A stretch of DNA of 64,000 bases, taken from the NCBI RefSeq assembly GCF_004010195.1, contig NC_057719.1:77578373-77642372 (forward strand), read 5' to 3'. Positions within the stretch are counted from its first letter, which is position 1; every line of letters begins with the position of its first letter. The notes beneath the pieces were generated by a model. It was given only the letters and a program-made list of their open reading frames with translations, was not told the DNA's origin and searched no databases. Source of the DNA: Chiloscyllium plagiosum (lineage: Eukaryota). The position numbers were made by a program, and so were the translations under genes. Below are positions 1 through 12,828 of this stretch, piece by piece.

Positions 1-960
1 AGATCAATCTCTTTCCTCACTATCTCCCTGGGTCCGACCTCCCCAACCCTCCGCCTCGTTTCCCCCCCACCTTACTAGTTTAAAACCTCCCAAGCAGTTC
101 TAGCAAATTTCCCTGCCAGTATATTAGTCCCCTTCCAATTTAGGTGCAATCCGTCCTTCTTGTATAGGTCACTTCTACCCCAAAAGAGATTCCAATGATC
201 CAAAAATGTGAATCCTTCTCCCATACACCAGCTCCTCAGCCATGCATTCTCACATTCACCAGCTCCTCAGCCATGCATTCATCTGCTCTAGCCTCTTATC
301 TCTGCCCTCACTAGCTCGTAGCACTGGGAGTAATCCAGATATTACTACTCTTGAGGACCTCCTTTTTAAATTTCTGCCTTACTCTCTGTAATCTCCCTTC
401 AGAATCTCAACCTTTTCTCTTCCTATATCATTGGTTGCAATGTGGACAATGGCCTCTTTCTGACCCCTCTCCCCCTTGAGAACATTCTGCACCCTCTCTG
501 AGACATCTTGATCCTGGCATCAGAGAAACAACACACCATTCTGCTTTTTCTCTGCTGGCCACAGAAATGTCTGTCTGTACCTCGGACTACAGAATCCCCT
601 AGCACAATCGATCTCTTGGAGGCCGACATACCCGTCGTTGCATTAGAGCCAGTCTCAATACCAGAAACTTGGCTGTTCTCTTGATCCTGGCATCAGAGAA
701 ACAACACACCATTCTGCTTTTTCTCTGCTGGCCACAGAAATGTCTGTCTGTACTCGGACTACAGAATCCCCTAACACAATTGATCTCTTGGAGGCCGATG
801 TACCCCTCGTTGCATTAGAGCCAGTCTCAATACCAGAAACTTGGCTGTTCATGCTACGTTCCCCTGAGAATCCATCACCCCCTACAGGTATGCCAAACCA
901 GCATACCTGTTTGAAATAGGTATATCCACAAAAGATTCCTGCCCTAGGTGCCTGCCTCTT
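1..960 (-). mobile_element. CR1-clade LINE fragment, ORF1 (SGNH/GDSL esterase-like) region, decayed
   Basis: Minus-strand translation SIVLGDSVVRGTDRHFCG..SRMVCCF matches the GDS esterase motif typical of CR1 ORF1; the ORF1 end motif (ctagtttaaaacctccc) is near 76-92. Confidence 0.85.
506..850. repeat. Tandem duplication of a ~173-bp unit inside CR1 ORF1
   Basis: 506-678 and 679-850 are near-identical (tcttgatcctggcatcagag...ccagaaacttggctgttc). Confidence 0.95.
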
Positions 961-1029
961 GATAGGTAATTACACAAGAAATATAATTAGAGATCCATTG
1001 CTTGAAGGGTAACCTCGCCAGAACAATAG

Positions 1030-2790
1030 CAGGGGATTCCTTCCCCACCAATTGCTTCAATTATCCTTCTTTGCATGGGCTGATACTGAGAGGTCACCTT
1101 CATTCATCTAGCAACTTCCACACATAGAGGAGCGGTTCAATCTGTCATTGGGAAAATGCCAATGGTCTGGTTAAAAAAAAAGCCCACAATAAGGCCCATA
1201 TGTGTTTAGTTTGAATTTCTGTTGGTTGTGCGAGTTGCTTGAGCTTTTTGGTAGGTTTTGTGTCACCAGGAATAATGAGACTTCTTGCCGTATCTTACCA
1301 AACTCACCTCCATAACAATCTACCCTGCCCTTGTGGCATCCTTCATGTCTGATTTAAGCCCCATCTTACCACAGCACATTCCCAGACCAACTCACCACTC
1401 AGTGATAATCATGAAATTCATCACCACCCTTTGCATCCACACCACCTTTAACAGCCCACTGTAAATCAGGACACACACTGTTAGCCCAGAGCTGCTCTGC
1501 AGAATTCCTGAAGTTTTCTCCAGACATGGGGTAGGTTAGGGGGAAAAACCATACACTTGCTTTACATGTAGAGACCTAGTAATTCTGCTGGAGAGGATGG
1601 TGCAGATTGAAGGATTTTCTCCTCCCTCAGAACCAGGCACAACACCACACTCCATCAGACGGTTCGATGTTTTCCACTGGGGTTCAAGCAGCCTCAGCTG
1701 TCTGGATGAATACACAGCACTGTAGGAAAATAAGTCTACTTCTTCACTCTGCCAATCTTAGTGCCACCAGTAACTCTCACTAACCCCATCTCTGTGACTG
1801 TACCACCTCTCATCAAGCCTCATGCTTTCCACTCTAACATCTTCTACATTCATCCTCACCCAGCCCAATTCCCAACACCACTAACGCTGCATGCCCTCTT
1901 GCTGCCTACTCATTCACCCAGGGCACCTGTACCATAATTAATAGCTGTGCCACCCACTTTCGTCTCTAGTAATACCTGCTCCTCTCTCATTCCAGGAGGA
2001 GAACAACCCATGATTGGCCAGAAAGGCTTGTGATGTGTGATAGGCTGCTCAACATTTAGGTCCTCACCCTTTCTTTAAGCAGCATCTGACCACCCTGAGT
2101 GGCCAATTGACTGAGTCCAAGCCCCTGAATTGGTACCAGAGAATGCCTTTGATGTCAGGACACTGTGCCTGAATATTATTCTTATTAACTTGATTGAAGC
2201 CAGCTAGCACCATGACAGGCTTCGTCCCTTTGGGTGTATGCTAAATGGCATGACAAGACAGAGGTATACAAACCTGGTACCTCTACCTGAGAGAGCAAAA
2301 GGCAAAAAAGAAGGCAATGCAAGGCAGGGATGCTGTGAGCATCCAGATAAGCTCAGTGTGAGTAAACACTATGACAACAAGTGAATAGGCTAGCGATGGA
2401 GTCTGGTCCACTCCATGAATTGGGTTGTGGCCCAGAGAGCGCACTCACCTTGTTGCAGCATTACAATGATAGTTGCAACAATTGCTGTCCAAGGTTCAAC
2501 ATGGAAGAGAAGAAGCATTCCTGTAAGTGGGTCAGAGATGTGCCATTAAGGTTCTTAGAGGCTGGTTAATGTCCATGGATGTGGAATGTGTGTATTAGCA
2601 ATTAAGGAAAGTAGTTTACATTCTGAAACTTTCCTGTTGGAATTCACCTGTTTAACATTCCAGAATGGTGCATCAGGAATCTCAAAAAACATTCAACAGG
2701 GGAATCTCCATAGTGCTGTGGAGTTCATTATATTATAAATTTCACGTCCATGTTCTCGATTCAAATCAACACAGTTTGATTGGACAGAGG
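1030..2790 (+). mobile_element. Decayed PIF/Harbinger-like element (copy A); boundaries approximate
   Basis: Myb/SANT-like relic at ~1526-1755; 2400-2580 is the reverse complement of segments at ~42230-42380 and ~62560-62750. Confidence 0.55.
1526..1755 (+). pseudogene. Myb/SANT-like DNA-binding domain relic (Harbinger accessory-protein type)
   Basis: Frameshifted translation FTCRDLVILLERMVQ...AASAVWMNTQHCRKISLLLHSA aligns by eye with the copy at 43018-43221. Confidence 0.55.
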
Positions 2791-3337
2791 CCCTTTTCTC
2801 TGCTGGAATAAATTTAGTGTCAAATTTTCATCAACATAAACTCAGTTTAAAACAGCTCACCATCCACAAAGCACTGACTCAGATTTGCAATGAAACTGGC
2901 CAATCTCAATCAGATGGCTGGAATGTAGCCTGGAGTTGGATTCCATGCAGGTGAGGTGGTGGGAGATTGTTGTGAGGTGCAGGAGTCTGGATGAACAGGT
3001 TTCCTAACCGTCCTCCACAATTTAATTGCAGGGTTGCTTCAAACGTCATTCGTGGGTTCTCAACCACAGGCATGCAGCCTGACTGGCACGCTGTTTGAGG
3101 CAGGTAGTGTGCTCACAATTGTATGAAAGAAACTAGACCTATTGGAGATGTGAGAAATGGTGACTGGGGAATGACCCCGGATCGCAGGGCTGGATAGGAG
3201 ATTGCCCGGATTGTGAGTGACTAATCACACAGGTAAATGTGCGTTGGCAGGTCTTAAACACAGGATGGTACGCTAATTGTGTTCTCATGTGCAGGGTCCA
3301 ATGGAAGTTCTAAGGTTGCATGATCATATGGGGAAGG

Positions 3338-3618
3338 TTGACACAGTGGCTCAGTGGTTAGCACTGTTGTCAGGAACCCGGCTTCGATTCCTGCCTTCGG
3401 TGACTGACTCCGTGGAGTTTAAATGTTTTCCCGTATCTGCGTGGATTTTCTCCCAATAGTCCAAGAATGTGTAGGTGAGAGGGGTTAGCCATCGGAAATG
3501 CAGAGTTACAGGGATGGGGTAGAGGTTGGGTCTGGCTGGGGTGTTATTCAGAGGGTTTGTGCAGACTCAATGGGCCAAATGGCCTGCTTCTACACTGTAG
3601 GGTTATACAATTCTATGA
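3338..3618 (+). mobile_element. HE1-like tRNA-derived V-SINE, diverged
   Basis: A-box tggctcagtgg, B-box-like gcttcgattcc, V-domain-like gtggagttt..tctgcgtgg, CR1-like tail gggccaaatggcctgcttc. Confidence 0.85.
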
Positions 3619-3879
3619 ATGTCTAGTGGTGGTCGTGGGAGATGCAATCCTGATCTCAAGAGGACTGTTCTTACGCTGGTTTTAAATCCAGAGGTTCATT
3701 ACTGTTTGAGATGATTGGAACTGGCAGATCACAAAACATGGGGGAGGCATTGTTGCTTGTTAGTTTGGATAAAGGTCCGACTCTACCCAACTTTACCCGA
3801 AACAGTGAACTGCTTAGCCATACTCATTCAATGCTGACAGCTCATTGATTGTATTATAACTAATCTTTTGGTATTACAG

Positions 3880-4115
3880 AACATGAATAGTGTTGAAAAG
3901 TGATATTTTCTGATTACTTGAATAGTGGTGGTTAACTGTCAGCCATTGTTAGCTAGTGCATTGTCCATGGAATTGCCTGCATCAAAGTTTGCTTGTCAAA
4001 CAATCATTATATTCCCCTCATTCAATGTGGATATTGTTTTCCATTAACATTAGCATTAATTGTGAATTGACTTGATGAGTGTAAGATGAAAATCTTCAAC
4101 ACAGTATGTCTTTTC
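3880..4115 (+). mobile_element. Old Penelope-like 3'/pLTR relic (family 3)
   Basis: Degenerate tgatgag..gaaaatcttcaac core; similar to 34890-35080. Confidence 0.45.
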
Positions 4116-4258
4116 TTTAAGACGTTAAGAAGTATAATAAGGCAAGATCACTAAATCAATTTGTTCTCTCATCAGCCTCATCATCTGCATATGAGATCAT
4201 CCTTATTTTGTAGCTCATTACTCCTGCTCCTTAGTGCGTTAGGCATGGGCACTTCTTC

Positions 4259-4953
4259 TGTTATGGTGTTGACCATATAGTTTTTAACATGCTAATATGA
4301 ATCCAGCTGACCCTATTACAGGCCAAATCAGATCGAGGCTTTAATCTGGCTTGAACTCAACTTTTTTTGAGTTCACTAATTTGATCTTTTATTGAAACAT
4401 TAACATGCAATATTGTAGGTTTGAGTTTAACAATAAATCAAAGTTGATTACGCAAAAGAAATGAAGATAAAATAGAACAATTGGGACTACTTGCATATAA
4501 ACTCACATTTAAAATAGCACATATAATCCCATTAAACTTTTACATTATTCTTGACAGAGAGAATTTCCTGCTCTTTCACCGCAATAGCACTTAATTTATC
4601 TATAGCTTCAATTCCCATCTTGAGAATCTGATAGCCTCTACCAGGAGTCTTCAGACAACTGAACTTAAACTTTCTCAGCTTCATATACGCCATCAGAGTT
4701 TTAACCAAATGCCCCGGGTCAGTAACTTTTAAAAATAAACTCTCTCCACTGAAGTGGCCTCTTCCTTATCAGTCCTCAAACTCCCTCCTTTTTCTGTTCA
4801 CATCTCCAAACCTCCTACAAACCTGCCCAGATTGAAACTAAAAACATTTCTTCTTCTAAAATCATTCTGAATTTTCTACCTGAAAATTCAGTGCAGTGCA
4901 CTGTTTATTTTGTTCAGTTGTAAACTCTCCTATATAATCAAATCCCCATAACA
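4259..4953. mobile_element. Candidate solo LTR (~695 bp)
   Basis: Begins tgttatgg and ends ccataaca (8-bp terminal inverted repeat, TG..CA); no clear TSD. Confidence 0.4.
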
Positions 4954-4956
4954 CTC

Positions 4957-5898
4957 TTTAGCGATTGGAACAAGGTCAGCTAAGTAAACTTCATAGAATA
5001 TAAGTTCCTTGATTGGGTGTCCTATTTGATTATAGGACCACTGTTCACAAGGATAGCTCCAGCAGAGCTGCTAATGATGAGAAGACTCAACACCAGGTTA
5101 AATCTGATCTTCTCTGGGGGGGAGGTGAAATGGCAACAGGAGCACTAATGCCAGAACCAAGACTCCACTAAGTGAGAGAGACAGTTTACATCACAGGGAC
5201 AAAGTTTAGTGTAGGAACCACAGGAATGACCCTGCATGGGTAAGAGGCATGGTCGATGCGAAGTCAGGTCCAGTGATGTATACAATTCAGGTAGGTCTGA
5301 TGGTCCTGAACAAGCACATGGACCATATGAAAGCCATAAACTTGCAGATGGTGCGGAAGCAGAGTGTTCCCGACTCCTCGACAGCCTTTCCGATTGTTCC
5401 GGAAACTGTGGGTTCTCCGTCCTCGTCAAGCATTGAAGATATCTTGGATTCTGAGATGTACCGAGTGGATGTCACCGCCTCAATGCCTTTGCCGCCAGAA
5501 GAAGAGAATGAATTTCTTCCAAGACCCTTCGGGTGCAAGAGGCGAGCTAAGGTACATTACACGCCAGTGTATCAGAGGCAGAGTTGGCAGAACCTGACCC
5601 AATGCTAAAAAGCCCAAGGATGACCGACAAAAAGGAAACAAAAACAGCCTATGTTGTCAGACTCAGAGGGAGAGGGAGGTGGTGAATGTAACAAGGTCAT
5701 AAAATATGAGCTCTTTGATGGAGGCTGTCAATCTGATACAGTCGAGGAGCCTTGGCTGACAGATATAAACAGGAGTGTCAGATATCCTGTTCAATCTGCG
5801 AGCTGGCTCTGAGGGAGCTGGATCAGTGTCAAGGACGCTCTCCATGTAAATTAAGGGGGACTTTGTGACAGGATAGCAGCCTCTGGAGATTTATTTCA
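4957..5898 (+). mobile_element. Internally deleted Ty3/Gypsy LTR retrotransposon (family 1)
   Basis: 5' LTR start at 4957-5020; integrase C-terminal tail homologous to 17150-17710; purine tract ~5666-5679; 3' LTR ending ttatttca at 5898; flanks cactc/cattc (4/5 TSD). Confidence 0.8.
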
Positions 5899-8217
5899 CA
5901 TTCCAGGAGCTCTCTCCCTAATGCTATGTGTTAAAAATTACTACAGGAATACTTACCCCTTTTCATCATTAAACCCCTTCAGACGTATAGAAAAAAACAA
6001 ATGTCTCTAGTTTAAAATTCGTAAATCCAAAAGAAATGATATCAAAATTTAGATAAATTTAGATATATTATAGCATTTTGCAATTTTAAGCACTGTTAGT
6101 CATGTTGCTCAGTCCTCAGGAAAATCAGCAGCTCAAAAGGAAGCAGAGGAACTGAATGCCTGAGATAGGTACTTTTACACCATTACCCGTAGTCTGCTTC
6201 TGTGAGTCTGAGCAAACAGGGGTACCTTAAAAGGAGCTACCAGGTGAGAGACTGATAGTAAAGCTTCTGTGGGGTCAAGCAACAACATCCATTTCTAAAA
6301 ATAAATGAAAATATTTGCCAAGGACACTCTCCTCTTGATCAGAGAACAGTGATTTATAATCCAATACTGAGACTCCCACATGTTGCAAGCAGAAGGGTTG
6401 GCCACGGAAGTTGAAGTCCACTTGACAGTCACATCAAATAAACCTCCTGTAAAAAGACAAGAGCGAGTTTGTTTTTAAAAATTGTCTGTCTACTGTCTGG
6501 TCACACTGAATAACAATGAGGCAAAAATCCATCCTAATGTCATCATTAAAAATTAATGAGGTTTCCAGTTCATTGCTATATTTTTCTTAAATATTAAAAT
6601 TCTGCTCCTATTTCCAAATTTGTTATGCTTCATCTGTTCTTAAAATTCAGTGATTTATTGTTGTTTGAATGAGAAGTTTTCTGAATATTTCTTGAAAATT
6701 GATTTTTGACTAAACTCTATTTGTAGCCCCTAATCTGACTTCTTTGGTATTGACTGAGTAATATTCTCTTTATCTGGGTCATTCACTGAGGGCTTCCATT
6801 GGTGTACCATTTGGCTAAAGCCACGACTATTCTTTATGGGTTCAGACTTTGTGGTCTGCTCTGTACTTTCTTTATTGAAAATATAGCCAGAGAAATTTAT
6901 ACTGCAAAAAAAGGCTAGACAGTCTTTCATATTTCTGCTCAAGCCATCTCAATCTAATCTTATTGTCCCACTTTTTCTGCATTTCCATACATCTTTCTAA
7001 GTGAATCTATGCTGCATAGACAAAAATGAAAATCAAATTTAAATTTATTCAAATCAAGCACTTAAAACTGTACTCAATGTGCACCATTTTGTGGTAAGAA
7101 AATGAAATCAGAATGTAATGGTCCAGGTCTTCCAGACTCCAAAGAGTCAGAAACCAGACATACCTCAAAGGATGGATATCAGACTATCCAGACGTCCCAA
7201 TACATTGACTTTGAGGAAATATTTGAAAAGTTTAAGCTTACAATGGCCAAGTATCCAGCAACCAGAACCCCTTAGAGCATCTCCAACACTGAACTAGAGC
7301 TGGAGACTTCAGAGGGTTTGAATCATTATTTGGGTTGTTACCCTGCAAACGTTTGAGGATTAATACAATCTCCAGCTCATGGGTAACAATGTAACTGAAA
7401 CCCATCCAACTCAATTCCACCCCTCCCACAATCTCTGGACATCCCTGCCCTTCCAACTACCTCTTTACTTGATACCTGCAATCTGAACAACCTACTCACC
7501 CTCTTAGGGACCCATCTACTCTCCCTTGACCCAAATATGCCCATATCCCCAACTGTTAGTGCTGACGTGACTACTTTGCAACTCAACCTACCCCCTCACC
7601 CAACTGACACCCTCACCGGCCCTCGTGCCAACCTATTGCTTTAACTACCTACCACACTACTGCCTTTCCCACATGCCACCCTATCATCTCACCCATACAC
7701 TGTCATCCTATACCTTCATTCAATTGCCTGCAACTCTATCCCTGATCCAATTACCTTACATGCTTAGTTTGTCTCTGTAGCATCTTAAAGAGGCTTTCAA
7801 ACATTTAACTACTTTTATTCACTGGAATATGATAGTCAGTGAAAAAAGGACATGTTTGCTATAAAGACTCTCTCTGCAGCTTCCTGGGAGGATTTCTGCA
7901 CTGCAAATATTAGAAGGATCCTGCATCAGAAGATGAGCTTGAAAAAAAATCATACAAAGGTCAATAGTTAACTTTCTGACTGTTTTGGGTCAGGAATAGT
8001 GATTCTGACCAAGATCAGAAGATCTATGCTAATAATTTGTGCTGTTCTCTGACCTGAGCATTGTGGTGTAATGTCTGTTGACTGCTCTGCAGGCTTTATG
8101 ATTCATCATATCTTCACCAATTTATCTAACTATTGGAATTGACGTGGTTACTGTTAGTGTCTAGTCCCTTTTTAAATTAACCTGTGTATTTCAATTGCAT
8201 TACTTCTATCTTTTTTT

Positions 8218-8529
8218 TTAGATTAGATTACTTACAGTATGGAAACAGGCCCTTCAGCCCAACAAGTCCATACCGCCCCGCCGAAGCGCAACCCACCCAT
8301 ACCCCTACATTTACCCATTATCTGACACTACGGGCAATTTAGCATGGCCAATTCACCTGGCCTGCACATCTTTGCACTGTGGGAGGAAACCGGAGCACCC
8401 GGAGGAAACCCACGCAGACACGGGGAGAACGTGCAAACTCCACACAGTCAGTCGCCTGAGGCGGGAATTGAACCCGGGTCTCTGGCGCTGTGAGGCAGCA
8501 GTGCTAACCACTGTGCCACCATGCCGCCC
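8218..8529 (-). mobile_element. HE1-like tRNA-derived V-SINE, full-length and young
   Basis: Minus strand gggcggcatggTGGCACAGTGGttagc...GGTTCAATTCC (A/B boxes), V-domain, CR1-like tail and (aatct)n end. Confidence 0.93.
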
Positions 8530-8849
8530 ACAATAAATTTCTTTTCTGGGGGCAAGGAATTATTTAATTACTTATGATCATGTTTTTGTGACTAATATAT
8601 CAAACCTTATAAAAGTTAAATTGAATTTGCAGTGTGTCTTGCTGGTTTAAATGTTTTTTCTCTATCCTTTGTGCTACCTCTGTTTATTTATGTTTCTATT
8701 GTGAGATTCTAGTCATAGTTGGTTACAATGTACAGATCAGTTATATCCTGACTATGGGGTTTGCACCTTTTCAAAAAAGATGCAATGGATTACATTGTAA
8801 TGTCATGCATGTAGCAAAAAGCTGTGACTTCAGTTGAGGGGGCGAAAGG

Positions 8850-9170
8850 GAGAAGCAGTGGTACAGTGGTAATATCACTGGATTAGCCATCCATAGAATA
8901 TTGTGAGGTTAGAATTCAATAATAATCTGGAAATATTAGCTAGCAGACATGCAACCATGGGTGATGTTGTAAAAATCCATCCGGATCACTAATGTCCTTT
9001 AGGGAAGGAAACCTGCCATCCCTACCTGGTCTGGCCTACCTGTGAACCAAACCCACAGCAACAACTGTCCCCTGAAAGGATCATAGCAAGCCACTCAGAT
9101 CAATGGGGCAATTAGGGATGAGCAATTAATGTTGACCCAGCCAGTGACATCTATAACCCATGAAAAAAAC
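8850..9170 (+). mobile_element. tRNA-derived SINE, second family, with old-LINE-type 3' tail
   Basis: A-box-like tggtacagtggtaat; tail gggcaattagggatgagcaat..ccatgaa resembles the LINE ends at ~25180-25240 and ~47085-47150. Confidence 0.7.
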
Positions 9171-9220
9171 AAAATAAAAGTATTGTACCTTCGAAGCAAT
9201 TCACTACCTTGTAGAGCCCC

Positions 9221-9504
9221 TAGAATACCTATGGTGTGGAAACAGGCCATTTGGCTCAACAAGTCAACACCGAAACTCCGAATAATATCCCTCCCCGACC
9301 CATTCCCCTACCCTATTACTTTACATTTCCCTTGGCTAAATCAACTAGCCTACACATCCCTGAACACTATGGGTAATTTGGCACGGCCAATTCACCTAAC
9401 CTGCACATCTTTGGACTATGGGAGGAAACCGGAATACCCAGAGGAAACCCACGCATGGGGAGAATATGCAAACTCCACACAGACAGTCACCCGAGGCTGG
9501 AATC
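9221..9504 (-). mobile_element. HE1-like SINE, 5'-truncated
   Basis: Same body as 8218-8529 (aacctgcacatctttggac..gaggaaacccacgca..gcaaactccacacagacagtcacccgagg). Confidence 0.88.
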
Positions 9505-9525
9505 GTAGTAGGAAACTATGGAAAT

Positions 9526-10029
9526 ATAGAGTTATAGAGTCAGAGAGATGTACAGCACGGAAACATATCCTTCGGTCCAACTCATCCATGCCGACCAAAT
9601 ATCCTAAATTAATCTAATCCCATTTGTTAGCAATTGCCTCTAAACCTTTCCTATTCATATACCCATCCAGATATCTTTTAAATGTTGTAATTGTACCAGC
9701 CTCCACCACTTCCTCTGGCTGCTCATTCCATACATGCTCATTCCACCCTCTGCGTGAAGAAGTTGCTCCTTAAGACCCTTTTAAACCTTTCCCCTTTCGT
9801 GCTAAACGTATACCCTCTAGTTCTGGACACCCTTATCTGAGAGAAAATACCTTATCTATTCACCCTATCCATGCCCTCATGATTGTATAAACCTCTATAA
9901 GGTCATCCCTCAGCCTCTGACCCTCCAGCGAAAACAGCTCCAGTCTATTCAGCTTCTCCCTACAGCTCAACCCCCCCCCCCCCCCCCCCCCCCCCCACTC
10001 TGGCAACATCCTTGTAAATCTTTTCTGAA
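9526..10029 (-). mobile_element. CR1/HER1-like LINE 3' fragment
   Basis: Reverse complement of the ORF2 C-terminus and 3' UTR (WNE..EEVVEAG), with (atagagt)n tail; contains a C26 run. Confidence 0.9.
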
Positions 10030-10469
10030 TATGGTGTATTGTTACAGCTTATAAGACTGTTGTAATCACAGTGGGGTATGTATGATTGTTCAGTGTGTAG
10101 CTACTTAACGAAAAGACATTGGAAGTTAAGGAGGAACAAATTAAACAAGCGATCTAAAGTGTGTTCTTTTTTAAAAGCATTCTAGAACAAAGGATATTTG
10201 CTGTACTTTTTGCCCATTGGCAAAGACAGAGACAAGGAAGTTTGAGGAAGTGGGAGTAATTTTGATCTGGCAAGGTTTACAAGGATAGGGAAAACAAGGA
10301 CATGAAGGCATTGAACACAGTATTACAGTTACAAAGAGTTGAAATCCATCAGATGATTGTTGATTCACGGGCAAAACTCACATGAAAAATAGACAGTGGA
10401 GCATGAATTCTGGTAGGATCCTGAAATTGAGCTCGCTTTCGAGGTCTGGATATAGTAGAATTATGGTTC

Positions 10470-11640
10470 TCGGAACTTGGGACAACAGTGGGCCATTCAA
10501 CCCCTCAAGCATGCTCTGCCATTCTAAACCAGAGCTAAACATCACTTCAATGCCACATTCATACATTTTTCCATATCCCTTGATGTTTGTCATCATTAGA
10601 ATATTATTGAATGTCCTTTATAGAATACGATATCCTCTATTGTTATTAGAAATATATCGATCAATCTCTGTCTTGAGTTTATTTAATGAGTTTCCACATC
10701 CCCCTGGGATGGTGAATTTCTAATAATTCATTACTCTGAGTGAAGACGTTCGCTCTCATTTCAGTCCTAAGCAGGTCACCTTTTATTTGGAGAGTGGTGC
10801 TCCCTGATTCTAGAACCCATAGCCATGAGAAAAAAGATCACTTCTGTGTCTATTCTGTCTATCCCTTTAAGAATTTCATAAATTTCTACAAGACAGCCTG
10901 TCATTCTTCTAAACTCCAGAGAATAATCTCCTCAGTATCTCATCATAGGTCAATCCCACCATGCCAGGAATCAGTTTGGTGAATGTTCATTGCGTTCCCC
11001 CATCCCGGCTTAGGTAAGCAGACCAGAGCAGCAAACAATACTCCAGGTGTGATATGACAAATGTTCTCTGCAGTTGAAGGAGGAGCTCTTTGTTCCTGTG
11101 CTGAAATGCCCTTGTGACAAAGGTCAACATGCTGTTTACCTTTGAATTGCTTGCTGCACCTGCATGGTAGCTTTTTGTGACTTATGAACAAGGAAACACT
11201 TCCTAATCTAATTGATATTTTAAGAAATACTGTGCAGCTCCTTTCATCTTATCATTAATTATGTTTAATTACACACTTACCTACATTATATTCCATCTGC
11301 TATTCCATTGCTCACTCAGTCTGTCTAAATCTCCTTTGCATCTTCCTTCCAACCCACATTCACACCAAGTTTGTGTCACAGGCAAATATGGAAATATTAC
11401 AATTGGTGCCCCATCCAAATTATTTATACAGGCTGTGAACAGCGAGAGCTAAAGCATTGATCCTTATGGTGCCCCACTGACCACAGCTTGCCAACTTGAG
11501 AATGACTTAATTATTCCTACTCCCTGTTTTCTGCCTGCTAACTGATCCTTAATTCATGATAATATATTATTCCATGCACTTTAATTTTGTTTAGTAACTG
11601 ACTGTGTGGGACTTTATCAAAAGCCTTTTGAAAATCCCAA
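10470..11640 (-). mobile_element. Old CR1-clade LINE fragment (RT to 3' end), heavily decayed
   Basis: gggccattcaacccctcaagcatgctctgccattc 3' end; actttatcaaaagcctttt (KAFDKV) at ~11610. Confidence 0.7.
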
Positions 11641-12139
11641 AAGCCTACATCCTGTATAATGATATTGGGTTAACAAGCCAGAGGTCATCACTTAAGTTCT
11701 AACCAAACAATGTTGTGGAGTTGTTTCTATTAAATTTGTGCTTTGGAAGTGGCAGTTTTATGTACTCTTCAAGGACAAATTCTATCTGCACCAGAGGAAA
11801 TCACGTCTCTCCATCTACCCACCAACTCAGCTAATCATCTTGAACATCAACCATTAAGGAAATGCAAGCCTCGTCAGCCAACCTGTCACTATAATTTAAG
11901 CCTTTAATCCTGGTATCTTTCGACTGAATCTCTGCTGCACCCCATCCAAGGTCAATATATCCCAGAGTTGATGGCAGTAAGCAAATATGCTTTTACTACT
12001 GCAATGTAACATACACGCATTTGCTTTCCAGATGCCTGAAGATAAGGACCAGTAGTCCATTAACGTTGTTAAACATGTCATAGTTTCCTACTATGCTACT
12101 AATTCTTAATGGTCTCATCCCCAAGATGACAAGGGTGTA

Positions 12140-12828
12140 GGGCCCTTTAGCCAAAGCTTGTCTGCTCTATCCATTTCTTTTTCTCTTTTTCTTTTTTGTG
12201 TTTCCGTTCTCTTCTTCTCTCTTCTTGGAGACGATGTCCTGAACTTCCAGCGTTCGCATTGAGTCGAACTCTTCACCTCAGCATGGACTTTGACTATAGG
12301 CCTCAGTATGGACCTGGCAAGGCATCTTCCCGGCCTGGCATAGTGGTATCAGTGTGGACCCAGCAAGGCAGTCTCTCAGCCCAGCGAGACAGCCTCTCAG
12401 CCAGGTGTAGTGGTCTCTCAGCAGCAGGTGGCGATCTCTTGGCCTGGCAAGATGGTCTTTCGGTGGCACATGGCAGTCTTTTGGTCTGGCATGGCCTCAG
12501 CGCATGCTTCCAGCATCAAAGTGATTCCAGAGCAGTCTCTGGCCTGGCATGGTCTGGAGTCGAGGCCCAGCACAGACTTGGGGCTCGGTGCCAGCAGGGA
12601 CTGGGTTGGAAGGACTGTTGTTCTGAACTTTTTATTCCTCTACTTTGTAATTTATTCCTATAATCTGGAGTGCTGGACTTTTTATTTATTTATTTTTCTT
12701 TTTTTTTCTTGTACTGAAGAATCTGTACCTCGGTACCTTGGTCCCTAAGATGGTGCCATAAATGGCAACTTGTAAACTTTTCACTGTACATGTGACAATA
12801 AAGCCAATTCAATTCAATTCCAATTCAT
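12140..12828 (+). mobile_element. Non-autonomous retroposon with internal ~21-bp degenerate repeats and a LINE-like tail
   Basis: Ends ttcactgtacatgtgacaataaag(caatt)n; the homologous tail is on the minus strand at 23445-23600. Confidence 0.55.

Noticed and set aside
8440..8529. tRNA gene
   Set aside because: The A/B boxes continue into a SINE body repeated several times in the window
12196..12748. Overlapping 112-155 aa ORFs
   Set aside because: They arise from GC-rich degenerate tandem repeats inside a retroposon
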